Notes: generated from the sequence alone by a model not told the origin. A stretch of 64,000 nt of DNA from Macrostomum lignano (GCA_002269645.1 NIVC01003392.1:1-64000), one strand, 5' to 3'. Shown: positions 1 through 13,229, counted from the first letter of the stretch. A program made the numbers and translations.

Positions 1-1177
1 TTGCCTAATGGGTTGGCCCTAATAATTAATGGGTTGGTCCTAATGGGTTGGCCCTAATAATGAGTTGGTCCTAATAATGGGTTAGCCCTAATGTGCTGGC
101 CCTAATGGGTTGGCCCTAATGTGCTGGCCCTAATAATGGGTTGGTCCTAATGGGTTGGCCCTAATAATGGGTTGGTTCTAATGGGTTGGCCCTAATAATG
201 GGTTGGTCCTAATGGGTTTGCCCTAATGGGTTGGCCCTAATAATTAATGGGTTGGTCCTAATGGGTTGGCCCTAATAATGGGTTGGTCCTAATGGGTTGG
301 CCCTAATGGGTTGGCCCTAATAATGGGTTGGTCCTAATAATGGGTTGGCCCTAATGGGTTGGCCCTAATGTGCTGGCCCTAATAATGGGTTGGTCCTAAT
401 GGGTTGGCCCTAATAATGGGTTGGTCCTAATGGGTTGGCCCTAATAATGGGTTGGTTCTAATGGGTTGGCCCTAATAATGGGTTGGTCCTAATGGGTTGG
501 CCCTAATAATGGGTTGGTCCTAATGGGTTGGCCCTAATAATGGGTTGGTTCTAATGGGTTGGCCCTAATAATGGGTTGGTTCTAATGGGTTGGCCCTAAT
601 AATGGGTTGGTCCTAATGGGTTGGCCCTAATAATGGGTTGGTTCTAATGGGTTGGCCCTAATAATGGGTTGGTCCTAATGGGTTGGCCCTAATAATGGGT
701 TGGCCCTAATGGGTTTGCCCTAATGGGTTGGCCCTAATAATTAATGGGTTGGTCCTAATGGGTTGGCCCTAATAATGGGTTGGTCCTAATGGGTTGGCCC
801 TAATAATGGGTTGGTCCTAATGGGTTGGCCCTAATAATGGGTTGGTTCTAATGGGTTGGCCCTAATAATGGGTTGGTCCTAATGGGTTGGCCCTAATGTG
901 TTTGCCCTAATGGATTGGCCCTAATGGGTTGGTCCTAATGGGTTGGTCCTAATGGGTTGGCCCTAATAATGGGTTGGTCCTAATGGGTTGGCCCTAATAA
1001 TGGGTTTGGTCCTAATGGGTTGGCCCTAATAATGGGTTGGCCCTAATGGGTTTGCCCTAATGGGTTGGCCCTAATAATGGGTTGGCCCTATTGGGTTTGC
1101 CCTAATGGGTTGGCCCTAATGGGTTGGCCCTAATGGGTTGGTACTGATGGGTTGGTCCTAATGGGTTGGCCCTAATG
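1..1177. repeat. Minisatellite, 14/17-bp units (AATGGGTTGG[C/T]CCT, with or without an extra AAT), often as a 31-bp dimer; truncated by window start
   Basis: Directly visible tandem units over about 1.18 kb. Confidence 0.97.
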
Positions 1178-1994
1178 AATTTCATTCTTTGCTGTTCATT
1201 ACTGTAAATGCATTCGAGAGAAAATTATAGACTTCTGTTGTGGATGAGTCGTCCTGCATTTTTACCAAAGCCGAAATTCCTAGACAGACCAGCGAGATGA
1301 AAAAGTTTGTTAAAATAAATGTAAAACTGAATGTATCGCTGCTCAGATTCACTCACAAAGTGTCAAAATCGAAATTTATTAAAACTTACTTAAAGAGTTA
1401 GTTGATAGGTGGCTACTATAAGTAATAAAAAGCAGCATTTCAAGTAATTTTTAGTTACCTAGTAGGCGGTAACTATTGGGCTATCGGTGATTTGCAAACA
1501 GGTGAGCAGATTCTATCAATTGAGAGAAACACACTTCTATTGCTTATTTAGAAGCTTAATTATGTCTAAATAATTCCAACATATTTACAGTATCAATCAA
1601 ATGGACTCTTAAGGCTCGTTCGCGCAGCTATCAAATGAGACCAATTTTCGGGCGATCAAACGTCCTGTTCAATTTTTTGATGGCTCAGCTGATGATGCCT
1701 TGCAAACTAGTGCCTGGTGGTCTCTTGTATCAAGCCTTTTTTCATCCTGGGAGCACAAGGAGGGATATCCGGCGTTTTAGGATACCAATGACAGTCGACT
1801 TTGGTCCAGAGCGTTACTCTGGGCTCCATTTTAGGGGCGTAAGTTGACATCCTTGGCTGCGGCCGACAAACAACAGCATATTGGTGCATAATGTGACAGA
1901 CTGTAGCATTAGAACCAATGTTGTTTTACAAGCAGTAGGCAACTTTTATCTACAGTACACAATTTCCCGAAAAGGTATTTCGGCTACGCATAGT

Positions 1995-2782
1995 TCAGAC
2001 CACTACCGACTGATTTCCGTGATCGTCTCTCAATAAGCCCGTTGAATTGGCCAACAGGTTCATCGAGTGCAGATCCATCTGCGAGTGCGGAATGATCCGG
2101 TACACCGGTGCAACCACCAGGATTATGATCGTGCTGGCCGAGGTGCACAACAGGTATACCCAGAACAGCAGCTTGTCCACGAACTGAGCCACGGCGCGCC
2201 ACTCGGCGATGACGCGACTCTCGGAATCATCTGCGTCTTGCTTATCGATAATTTTCGAAGAGCCTCGAGGATGTCGCCGTTGACTTCGGCTCGCTGATTC
2301 TGCAGGTTCTGATTGTGCTGATGCTGAAAATACCTGTTCGACGGTTGCCGCGACCTCTGGTTCAGCGCAGCAGCCCGCAGCGGAGCGGCAGTCGACGCCT
2401 CCACATCCTCATCGTTGTTATCGTCTTCGCATCTTCAACAGCTGCCGCGAAATCACCCGCCAGGCTGTCTATGGTAAGCTTGAGACCCAGATTCTTGATG
2501 AAGCTGGTTGCCCTGGCACAGCCGGGCCCGTTGCCGCAGGCGCTCTGACGCCGGCTCCGGTTTCTAGACTCGTCGCTGTGGTGGTCGACGTTGAGGCCGC
2601 CGCACGCCTGCCGGCGCCCATGCCGCAATCCTCGTCGCTACCGAAACGTTGCTGAAGCAACAGCCGGCGAAGCCAGTTGGGCACCGGGCTCCGGCTGGGG
2701 CCCCGATGGTGAAGGTTGAGCACGAACACCGTCATGATGACTGATACGGACGTCATCGACATCACCACGGTCAGGTAGATGC
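1995..2782 (-). CDS. nAChR alpha subunit, last exon (M3, M3-M4 loop, M4); reading frame disrupted in this sequence
   Basis: Acceptor cag at 2785-2783, phase 1 (A+GC=Ser). IYLTVVMSMTSVSVIMTVFVLNLHHR is M3. IAEWRAVAQFVDKLLFWVYLL is the MA/M4 region. Stop at 1997-1995. The loop region is spread over three frames. Confidence 0.9.
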
Positions 2783-3089
2783 CTGCGTATAGGTTGGGAT
2801 TAGTGAAGTGACAATATGAGTCGGTCTTCATTGTTGTGCAAGCAGCTGCTTCGATCTTTACATCCTCAAAATGAGTAGTCTTGCGGGCATTCGCAGCATA
2901 TTCCAATTCCATTCGCTTGCTTTCTTTTTTAACAATTTGCCAGATAAACTTGTGAAACTGCTTTAAAGACTACATAATTGCTTCCAGAACACTGTCAAAA
3001 GTGCTAAAAACAAAATTTCCCACGTACTCTTACTTCTCGTTTAGTTGTGAATGAGTCTTTTAAACTGCATGCATCCATAGCGAACTCAC

Positions 3090-3286
3090 TGATGAGCGGC
3101 ACAGACTCGGACGTCTCTGGCAGGCGGTCAGCAATGGACAGCATGAGCACGGAGAAGGCCAGCAGAACGGTGATTCCCAGTGCGATTTTCTCTCCAGAGT
3201 CCGGCGGTAGGCAGAACACGAGCAGGGTGAGAGTGGACATCATGATGCACGGGTAGATCACGTGGTACATGTAGTACAGCAGGCGT
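3090..3286 (-). CDS. nAChR alpha subunit exon (M1, M2, M2-M3 linker)
   Basis: RLLYYMYHVIYPCIMMSTLTLLVFCLPPDSGEKIALGITVLLAFSVLMLSIADRLPETSESVPLI. Acceptor cag at 3289-3287; donor gtgagt starting at 3089. Confidence 0.97.
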
Positions 3287-3315
3287 CTGGGAGTTGCGTG
3301 GTTGCGGGCGTTTAG

Positions 3316-4036
<721 letters not shown>

Positions 4037-4213
4037 ACCATATTGTCTGTTATTTGTAATAGACTATATCTATAACCAACTATACGACAAGAATTCAATA
4101 GTGCATTGGAAAACGGAAAAAAGACGCAGAAACGTTTTCATAAACCAGTGCAAGTGTTGCAGTTGTTCACTGACAACAGCATGATGGAGCACTCAGTGTC
4201 AGTTTGTCCCTAC

Positions 4214-4290
4214 CTTCGAAGAAACAGATAAAAGGTCACATCGGGATAGGGCTCCGGACAGCAGGGATAGCGAACCACGTTTCTGATGGT
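4214..4290 (-). CDS. nAChR alpha subunit exon carrying loop C with vicinal cysteines
   Basis: TIRNVVRYPCCPEPYPDVTFYLFLR. Acceptor ttttcag at 4292-4291; donor gtaggg at 4213. 77 bp, phases 0/2. The YxCC...Y motif defines alpha subunits. Confidence 0.96.
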
Positions 4291-4649
4291 CTGAAAAAAG
4301 TAAGAGACAATTTGACATCTGTTTACAACTTTACAGTAGACTTTACAGGCACAGTATAGAACCGTGTTTTTTCAAGCAGAATTGATAGAAGACAAACTCT
4401 GCTTCTCTATTGCTTGTCCTTGAAAACATTATCTTCTCCCAGAATCAGTGATTCCACGAGGACTGTGATACTTTACTGTGCGTCAAGCTTATAATTTTGC
4501 TGTCCTCGGGAGGGAACTCAGAATTATGGTTATTGTGTGATACGCTGAGCTGTATGATTGCGATAATGCTCCCATATTCTCACGGGAGGGGTTAGTCAAG
4601 GGGTTTTAAATTATAATTGATTATACGACCTTTTTCGAAGGTCACTTGC

Positions 4650-4730
4650 CTTTGTTCCGAGCAGTTCCCATTCTCCATTTTCAACGTAGCTGCTCACGTC
4701 AACATCGCTTTTTAGCAGGTGCAAGTCAAC
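4650..4730 (-). CDS. nAChR alpha subunit exon (loop F, GEWELL); ends at a GC donor
   Basis: VDLHLLKSDVDVSSYVENGEWELLGTK. Acceptor tttttcag. The only nearby phase-0 donor is AAG|GCAAGT at 4649-4648. Confidence 0.9.
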
Positions 4731-6923
4731 CTGAAAAATGAGGCATTTTAAATCTTGTTTTGATTTATAGTTGGGTAAATTTTAAGTACAACAGTCTGGA
4801 GGACGATCAGCAAATAATTTCAAATCCAAAAGGCGGTTGCAATCAGATTTCCCAGTGACATGCGCTACTTTTGCGTGATAGCCATTCAGTTTGTGAGAGC
4901 CAGATTCTGTAGCTACCGCCGCGTCCGTTCTCTCTTGAGACACATTCGAGAGGAAATGGACAACTTCCCGAGACCGTATCTGAATGCGCAGGCTATGTGC
5001 ATGCCATATACACCGGAGAATGGCCTACTAACAGTGCGCCCGATGTGCTTCATTGCTTTGGACTACACGAACCTAGTGAGGGAAGACCAACTGCTCCCAT
5101 GCCCTACTGTCTCTCCGGTCCCCTTAGCGCGCAGGTTTCGCCCATTCGTTCCTGCCAGCCATAAAATACGGCGGTCGGGGCAGCGGCTTGACAGCAGCAG
5201 TTTGTCAAACCGGCCTCGTCTCAACCCGGCATACGGCGGTAGCTGCTTCTCTAACCAGAGCAGCGCCTCGGGCAGTGTGTAATTTTGTTTAGGCATTATT
5301 TATGTCATCCTGGCCGGTGCAGCGCGACAGTGCAGTTTTACAGCGCGGAGAAAACTTTTGATCACGGAATCAGCGCCCGGTTCAGATTGGGTTGAGTTAG
5401 TCCCCTGGGTCTGTCTCTTGGGGACGATTCAGTCGCCTTGGAGTCTGAACCAGCTCAAACTAACAAATCAGCAGACAGATTGGCGTCTGGTCCTGACAGG
5501 ATATCCGTTGTCTGCTGTCAGGACAGGTCTGCTGTCACTGTATGGATATGGATAGATATATACAATTGATACCTTGCGGACAGCTGAATTGGCTGTCTCA
5601 CACATGATGAGACAAAGGTGTTTTTTGTTATCATTATCAAGCCCTCTCGGAGTGCAACGCCAATGACAGATTTAACCATAGGCTATGATGGTCGTTCTTG
5701 GCTCGCAAACAGAGTGTAGTCCAGCTCTTATCCAGATAGGAGGTGTCGTATAGAGAACTCTCTTCTTTTCTCAGAGAAGTCTAAACTGCCGCAGCCTCAC
5801 CGCTTGCTTTCTGATCATCAATGGAGTCGTTAGGCAGTAGCACACAGAACTTGACAGTTCAATGGTAAGCCATGATCGACACAAGATAGAAAGATAAACA
5901 TCTGTCTATGGTCCAAAGAGGACAAGAACGAGATGGAAACTCGACATCGACGGCTTTTTATTTGATAATGTTTTGTAACGCAAGGCTTTTGAGTGCAATA
6001 CGAGCATAATGACCTAGGTACGAGTCGCATTTATTTTCTAACCTCTTGGTACTGAAGGCTGAAAATAAAAATCCGTTCCTGCAAGATGGGGGGAGCCCGA
6101 CGTTTGACTGCCAAAAGGGAAGCCTTGCTTTGCTCGTGGATGTCCCAGACCCCAGGACTAGCCATAGACTATGACCGCCATTTTAGCACTCTGGTATTCA
6201 AGCTTTTCCGGCCAAGAATGGAGCGCTTTGATTATACGAAGTCTTGGTTGCACATTAGACTGTACATTGCATGGGACCCAGATTAACAAGCCCACGTAGC
6301 CATCAACCACACAGTTTTACTCATAACAGTAAGCAAACAGACCCCATCTAGACTAAAGAGTTTTAGTCAAGGACAGCTCTGATCTATCACATTAAGCTCA
6401 ACGGTTTGAAGTTCATTAATTTGAATTCAGTTCAGATCATGGCTGTCCAGAATGAGAGAAGTTTCAAGAAAAATCCATTTCTCACTTATGCATTTTAAAG
6501 CAACGTACATGCGGCCTTCAAATAGATTTCTATGAATCTGAAGTGGTACCACTTACAGCAGTGGTTTTCGGCTAAGATTTGTGCTGAATATTTCCTCTCA
6601 TAGCCTGAATTGATTGATCAGCTCAGAATGCACAGCTGTAGCGGGGAAATTTAACTCTGCATTACTGTGACGTTAAGCCAAAGGCTTAGTTATACTTCAG
6701 TAGAGCCCACGTGCCAATGTGCAGTTGCTTTTAGCATTCTGGAGCGCTTCGTGCTCACCAGGTCTGAAAACTTTTCTATTTCATTTTTAGACCACAACCA
6801 GATGGATTTATTTGGGATCGATCCGATTGGGTATCGAGGCACTCGCGTTTCTAGTAATATTAAAATTAATACGCAGCAGTCTAAGAGTATGGCTGTAGCC
6901 TAGGTTAGAGCGTAGACTCAAAC

Positions 6924-7104
6924 CTGATATCCATCGTAGGTCCAGGAGCCGAACTTCAAGTTGCACACCTGCTCATCAAAGGGAAAGTAGGTGACGTCCA
7001 CTTTGCAGGAGGAGCGTAGCTTGGTTGGAATCGGCCAGAACACGATGCCGTTCGAGTCGATCATGGCCAGTGCGGGCATCAAGCTGTCTGCAAAGTCTGC
7101 CGCG
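6924..7104 (-). CDS. nAChR alpha subunit exon with Cys-loop and loop B
   Basis: ...[38 protein letters not shown], with C-x13-C. Acceptor cag at 7107-7105; donor gtttga at 6923. Confidence 0.97.
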
Positions 7105-7419
7105 CTGTGGAAATACAAGCGTTGCACAAGGGTGCACACTGCATGCACAGTTGTTTCTATTTTGCTATTCACAAGCAGACATCTTTACAGACATGTGGGG
7201 CTTATAATCATAAAGGGCTGCGGTCACCCTGCCGAAACGCCTTTGGCGACATCCTCCCAGCAACCAATTTGTGGCAATTCTGCCCGTTCCGTTGACTCCT
7301 GAGCACGTTTTTTATTTATTAGAGGCAGGGGGGTTGTGTGCACCCTGGCGCACTTTAAGCCGACATAGGCACACAACCGGCGAGAGGCATTACTGCCCAT
7401 TCCGCCGACTCCCCTGAGC

Positions 7420-7890
7420 AGGCACACAAGCGCGCAGATACGTACGCAGGCACACACTCACACAGGAGTGTACAGCGGCCCTAACTTTATATTATCGAAA
7501 GGCATGTACACTTCACTGCGCCTGGGGGGGGTTGGCTCTCAAGGCCGTTAATTGCACGAGCAGTGCCAAGCCGAGATTCCAATTCAGCCCCAAATTAATG
7601 TGACTGCACTTGGAATCGAGCCTGGGTCGCTGGCACACCAGAGCTCGCGCTAGACCGCTGGGTTACGGCCCCCCTTTCCTGAGCACATAGAAGCGCGCCA
7701 ATACTGTACGCAGACACGCACTCATGCACACGCTCACACAGGGTGTACAGAGGCACTGACTTTCTAATTGTCAGGCCATGTACACTCTCTGTGCCTTTGG
7801 GGTTGGCCCCTCATGGGTGGGAGTTACGCAACAAGCCCCAAATGAATGTGGCGGCCTACGGAATGGAACCAGAGCTGCTCTGACCCCCAC
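7420..7890 (-). mobile_element. Two adjacent diverged copies of a tRNA-derived SINE-like repeat
   Basis: 7424-7540 resembles 7684-7815 (cacacagg..gtgtacag..gccatgtacact..ggttggc). Minus strand 7670-7600 has an A-box-like TAACCCAGCGG and a B-box-like GGCTCGATTCC. Confidence 0.55.
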
Positions 7891-7974
7891 CCCCTATAAT
7901 AAGCGGCCTAAGGTTGCTCAAAAACTTCAGTAGTCCTACGTGAATTCACAAACACTGGTTGCTAGTTCACTCAC

Positions 7975-8084
7975 TTATTATAAAGCACCAAGTCTGGCTT
8001 CCAAATCTTTGACGATGGCAGCCGAATCTTGGCCTGATTGGAGAATTCCTCCGGATCCCACGTGAGAAATTCGTCTTTCCATTG
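7975..8084 (-). CDS. nAChR alpha subunit exon (loop A)
   Basis: [36 protein letters not shown]. 110 bp, tttcag acceptor and gtgagt donor. Confidence 0.96.
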
Positions 8085-8156
8085 CTGAAACGTTTCAAAG
8101 AGGAAAATTAGTATTCTATATGGCGCAGCTTGAAATTAAGTTAGCAAATAAGTCAC

Positions 8157-8201
8157 CTGATCCAACCAGACATTGCTGACAAGAACTTGATTCTTCTCAT
8201 C
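8157..8201 (-). CDS. nAChR alpha subunit 45-bp exon (loop D)
   Basis: DEKNQVLVSNVWLDQ. ctgcag acceptor, gtgact donor, phase 0/0. Confidence 0.95.
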
Positions 8202-8292
8202 CTGCAGATTAGCGAATAGGAGTTTGTAGATTTCTCCTGAAAGTAACTAAAATTTAGACATGCAGCAGTTGACGTCATGTCACCCTAATTAC

Positions 8293-8486
8293 CATGTCAA
8301 AGATCTGGGTCAAGGTGATGCCCATCAGGGTTGTCACGGGCTTGCTGGAATTGAACACGGGCCTCACCGACAGCTCATAGCCGTGTAGCAGGTAGTTCAT
8401 CAGACGCTGCTCATCCGGTATCTCCGAGCTGTTGCTGGAGTCTCGTTTGATCCGGCAGTAACAGCAAACTCCGCCTTCGGCTGACA
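8293..8486 (-). CDS. nAChR alpha subunit N-terminal exon (first located coding exon)
   Basis: ...EIPDEQRLMNYLLHGYELSVRPVFNSSKPVTTLMGITLTQIFDM, donor gtaatt at 8292. Acceptor is at 8488-8487 or 8482-8481; both are phase 1. There is an in-frame stop at 8505-8503, so an upstream exon is required. Confidence 0.9.
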
Positions 8487-11400
8487 CTGTTAGCAGATGG
8501 AGTTAGTTGGTACCTGAGACTACTCAGACCTCATCAAATTGAAAATCAACTCAGATATTTTGGATTCTTGCTCGAATGTCTCGAAAATTCATCTGAGACC
8601 CAGCTGCTAATCATGAGAGAGATTTTCTGCCTGTTTCGATTTTGAAAGAGAGTTCCCTTTTGGGGCGTAAATTATTAGTCTTTTAAACTAAAATTCACGC
8701 CTAGAACAAAGCTGATAATCAGTGTCATATTCAGATTCAGCAAAACGTTTTACCTAGCACAAGCGGTTCGTGTCGACATGTTTCGGCAATCATGGTTTTT
8801 GCAGTCTTTTCTTTTTCACTTCCATACAACCTTTTGGTTCTTGTAGCTGACCTTTGCGCAAAATTTCATTTGATGCCAGACAACAACAAAGTCAATAGTA
8901 AACAAAGTATTCAAAATGGTGCATCAGTAGACAGTCGGGCTGTAATCAACAAGCACATCCTGCAAGTCACGCGCCGTCTGATTTGAGTGGAGTTAGTTGC
9001 GGGACTGGCTAAAAAAGCAGATTGCAGCTCCACGGATGACGCTGCTTTGGAGAGTAACAATTCTCAGCCGTGAGCGTTGGTGCCGGAAGGGGGCGATAAT
9101 TCGGTTACGACACATTCAATTTCTCATTTCCCGCGTCGCCCGGCAAAAAAGCGATTCCTGGATGGGGGCGCCTGGTTTTGGAGAAGCGAATAGTCAGGAA
9201 CCGGAGTGACGAGACCCCCTGCAGGAGGACGGAATGAAGGCTGGGAAAGCTAGAGAGCCGTCCAGCTGGGACGGAAGGAACTTCGGGAGCAAAAGTATTA
9301 GAGAAATGGGAAGGAAATTGCCCGGGGGAGGGGGGCAGACGGATCCTGGAGTTGGAGCACAGCAACCAGACAGGGAGTGGGCAGAGAGATGCACAAACAG
9401 TGAGCCAAAGAAAGTATTAACTTCAAGGAAGTGAATTCTTTTCCAGCAAAGCTCACAGTGTTTATTCTATAGCTCCAATTTCAAAATGCGAGTACATGAT
9501 GTTGGCGGAATTCCTGCTTTGGTCTCTAAACTTCTTTTGCTGGTAGACAGTTCCGTCGACTGTCCCATGATCTTTCAATTAAGTATTTAATCAAAGAAAT
9601 GTGTCACACACGTGCTACACCTCACGCGATGTGTTTTCATTAAACTTAATTCTTATTTCTTTCGCAAAGTATTTGACAGTCTGTATTGAATAATTTAGGT
9701 TTAGATAAAGTTGTTGGGGTGTTAAAGAATGGATTACACAACAGAATTATTTATTAGATGCGTTCTACGGAGCAGCGCGAGACGATAGGTAGCTGTATTA
9801 AAAGTTTATTTCCCTCGTGGTGGTCCAGAAAGCAACCATATATTTTTAGGTACTCCATCGTAGTGTAATCGTCTAACGGGTGTCCCAAAAAGCTTTTCAT
9901 TTTACTTGACTCTTGTTCGGCAGTCTTACCCCCTGATCTATAAATATACAACGCTACATTCAACATTTGTGACTTTTATCTGCTGTCGAAAACTGCATTC
10001 GATTCCAGCATTGTGACTGACTTACCCTTGACTCGCTTGACTCAGCTGCAGTGGACTCCGGGCATCCGGATACAGCGGGACACCAATGCCGATCAACCCA
10101 TGGCGGGTGTCTGCGGAGTGTCCCTAGACCTTCTCCGAACTAAGAGGTAGATGGTTGCTCTCCCGGTAGCGAGAACTTGCTTTAACATAGCATCTGTCTC
10201 TGGCGTAAAGCGCGATCCGGAAACTGCTGCCTGCGGTCTTCATCTCATTTTTGCTATATCATCAAGGGCTGAAGCTCCTGTTACCCAATGCACGAATCGA
10301 ATGCGGTTTTCGACAGATAAAATTTACCGATGTTGTATGTAAATCCCCTTTATTGACATGTAAAAGCTAGTTAGAGATGAATAGATGAATATTCTTCAAC
10401 GTTTTCGGCGGCCCTAGTTAGCACTGTACGACCTGTAACTGCATTTTTTAAGCAGAACATCATTAAAATTCTCCTACCATACTAATTATATCAAAGAGAC
10501 TCTAAGGATTCAAAAGCTGTAAATAATTGTATGACACGGTTCGAAGTGGGATAATTTAGGCTCTGATACGGTTCAGAGAACATGTGTTCCTCGATGCTCC
10601 AAGGCTTGTCTTTTTTCAACAAAGATCTGACCTATTAAGCATAAAATAAAAGTGAAAAAATATATGGTCAACCTGGCCTTTTACCCGCACTATGTATCTG
10701 TCAACTTGCGTCACTATGCAGTGTCTATGGTCTGGCGCTTACAATGCCAGTTCCCGCCTTCTACAAAAAGGACTTCCACACTCAGTACAGTCAAACCATA
10801 GACTATAGACACAGCTGCTGTCTATGGTAATCGAGCAATATTCATAGTTGATCCTGGAGTTACAATAAAAATCATTCCCTTTTGCTGCCTATTCCATGTA
10901 TCTGCTGCATGTTCAGTTAGGAATAGGAATTAGGAATAGCTGCTTAACAATATCTATGGTAAACAGCATTTAAACCACTTTAAAGCTCACTTTCAGGGAG
11001 GTTATTGAAGTAGATTTTATTTTGTGGGATTTATTCGATCACTTTCCCGGACATATTGCAAGGATTATTGTATGTGTCTAAATAAGCGAGCTTCTCTCTT
11101 CTCTTCCTTCGTGACTCGAGAAATTTCTTAATGAAATTTTGTCTATGGTAAGAATGTGGGGGCTTCGCCCCCACACCCCATCCCCAACTTCAACCATAGA
11201 CATACAAGTATGGCTCCGGGATTTATCTGAATACATCCCGCAAAATTAAAGTAGTTTAAATAAGATATTCTATGGTTTTTTCGGTCGGTATTTCACTTAA
11301 ATCCCTCGTGAAGTGAAATAATCACATACCGACCTCAAACCCATAGAATATCATATATACATATTCTTAGCTTGCTGATATCTGCAAAATAGTTTTTTAT

Positions 11401-12708
11401 GTAGAATATTCAACATCAGCCTCTTACCAAATAGTGTGCAGCACTGCAGACAAATAACTAAGAAAGCTGTCCAACAAGCCGCAAGATAGAGGAACATTTG
11501 TAGAATTTTCATTTTGCAAAAGCAACAATTGTAATGTTCAACGGAATTAATTAAAGGTGCTTTGAACTAGCAGCTTTAAATTTATTGACAGCAGTCTTTA
11601 GTCTTCAGCGATTGGTTTATTTTTCACGGAGTTCCCACCGTCCTGTATCTGTCTGTGTATTGCTAAAGTTTTGTGTATTTAGCTGCAGTCTTCAGCCAAT
11701 CGGTTGAGTTTTGGGCATCGTCCAATCAGGTTAAAGATCGAGAAGCTCTGGAGTCAGTGGAATATAGGCAGAATTACCGTCAGCGCTGGTTGTGGGACGA
11801 TGCGTTTCGCCAGGGTGCGGCCACAACCCCCCTGCAATATCAATATAAATGTACCACGAGTACCATAGCTCCTATAATTATCCCATTTGGTTTCTGTCTT
11901 CTCTGTGGTTCCGACGTTTAGTATTTGTTCTTAAATGTAAATTGGCGCCTCATTATGGCGCCACAGGAACTCATTCGGCGCCACCTATTTCGGTGCCGCA
12001 GGTGCTACTTATACATGCACATATATTTTAGCACCCTAAAGCAAAATTATTGATTTCCAAAACCACGCGGGGGTGGGATCGACAGAGCATAATGATTGCA
12101 ATGCACAGCAACCGACAGTATGGCCTGTGAAACTTGAAGCAGTTTTTATCTACATTCTCGTTAGACTATGCCAGCAACCATTCCGTGCCTGCACACTGAA
12201 AAACAATTTAAATAAATTGGCAATCCAGAAACAATTTTGTGGCAGCAGTTTCGACCGACAGCAACTTGATCAGGATCTGAACTTGCTGGTCATTGATTTT
12301 TCTTATTTATTTTCTGCCAAGTTGACTTTTCTTTCTTGAAATTCGTTCAGAAAAAGCAGGAGAGTCAAAAGTTGTTGATTAGTAGTCGTATTGAGGAGAG
12401 TTTGACTATAGATGTACATCCTTCATAGCCCATATGTCCCATTACGATTAATTTTTCTGAGTTTGAATAAATGGAAATTGATTGACCGGCTTCTTAAAAG
12501 CGATGTCAAATTAAGCGGTAGAAGGGGAAAAGAAGATCGAATTCTCTGAATATTCAGAAAACTTGGAAAATAGCAGCAGGTGATTATAACACAAACATGT
12601 CAAAGGGCTTTCGAATCAGGATGGTTATTTTGTAACCGACTTTTTAACTATTATGGTATTTCACTGGGCATCCCGTGATCCAACATTGAATTTCTCAGAA
12701 TTCCTCGA

Positions 12709-13115
12709 TCAGAAGAAGCCGTAGGCCATGAACTCGCAGATGGTGAGGGCTGTTGGCGGGTCGCTGCGAGCCACAACTCGGAACCGAGAGCCGAAAGCGC
12801 CGCAGGTGAAGTTGGCCACGGAGAACGGAGCGCTGAGCCTCACCTGGTTGCACACGGACCCGTCAACCAGCAGGTCGAACTTGTTGAGCCTCTCAGCGCA
12901 GCAGTCCTGCCTGTTGTGGATGGTGACGAAGGACACGAGAGACGGAGCTGTGAGGCCGGCCTCCCACCACTCGCTAGCATTGAACTGAGTGTGAGTGCAG
13001 GAGTCGGACCACAGAGACTGGCTCGTGTTACCGTCGATGGCTCTGTTGCATGGGTAGAACCATTTCGGACTGGTTGAGCTCTGGCTGCAGTCCGCAGCAG
13101 GCAGCTTCTTGAAAT
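12709..13115 (-). CDS. Exon 2 of secreted lectin: F-type lectin (fucolectin/FTP) domain
   Basis: DFKKLPAADCSQSS...RAIDGN...CTHTQFNASEWW...HNRQDCCAERL...LTICEFMAYGFF*. The fucose-binding motif H-x26-R-x-D-x4-R is exact. Acceptor catcag at 13117-13116, phase 1. Confidence 0.92.
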
Positions 13116-13229
13116 CTGATGGAGAGACAATAAATGTATCTACTCATAAGATACAATCAATGAGTTTACAGAAACAGTTGTCATATTAACAAAAAAGAAC
13201 CAAAGTGAGCGAAAGCACCAGAAACGCAC

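Noticed and set aside
4860-5296. 140-aa plus and 77-aa minus ORFs in a nAChR intron
   Set aside because: No recognisable motif or splice-consistent role; may be an unidentified repeat fragment.
8997-9434. Several short ORFs upstream of the nAChR exons as the signal-peptide exon
   Set aside because: None has a hydrophobic leader plus a phase-1 donor that I could support.
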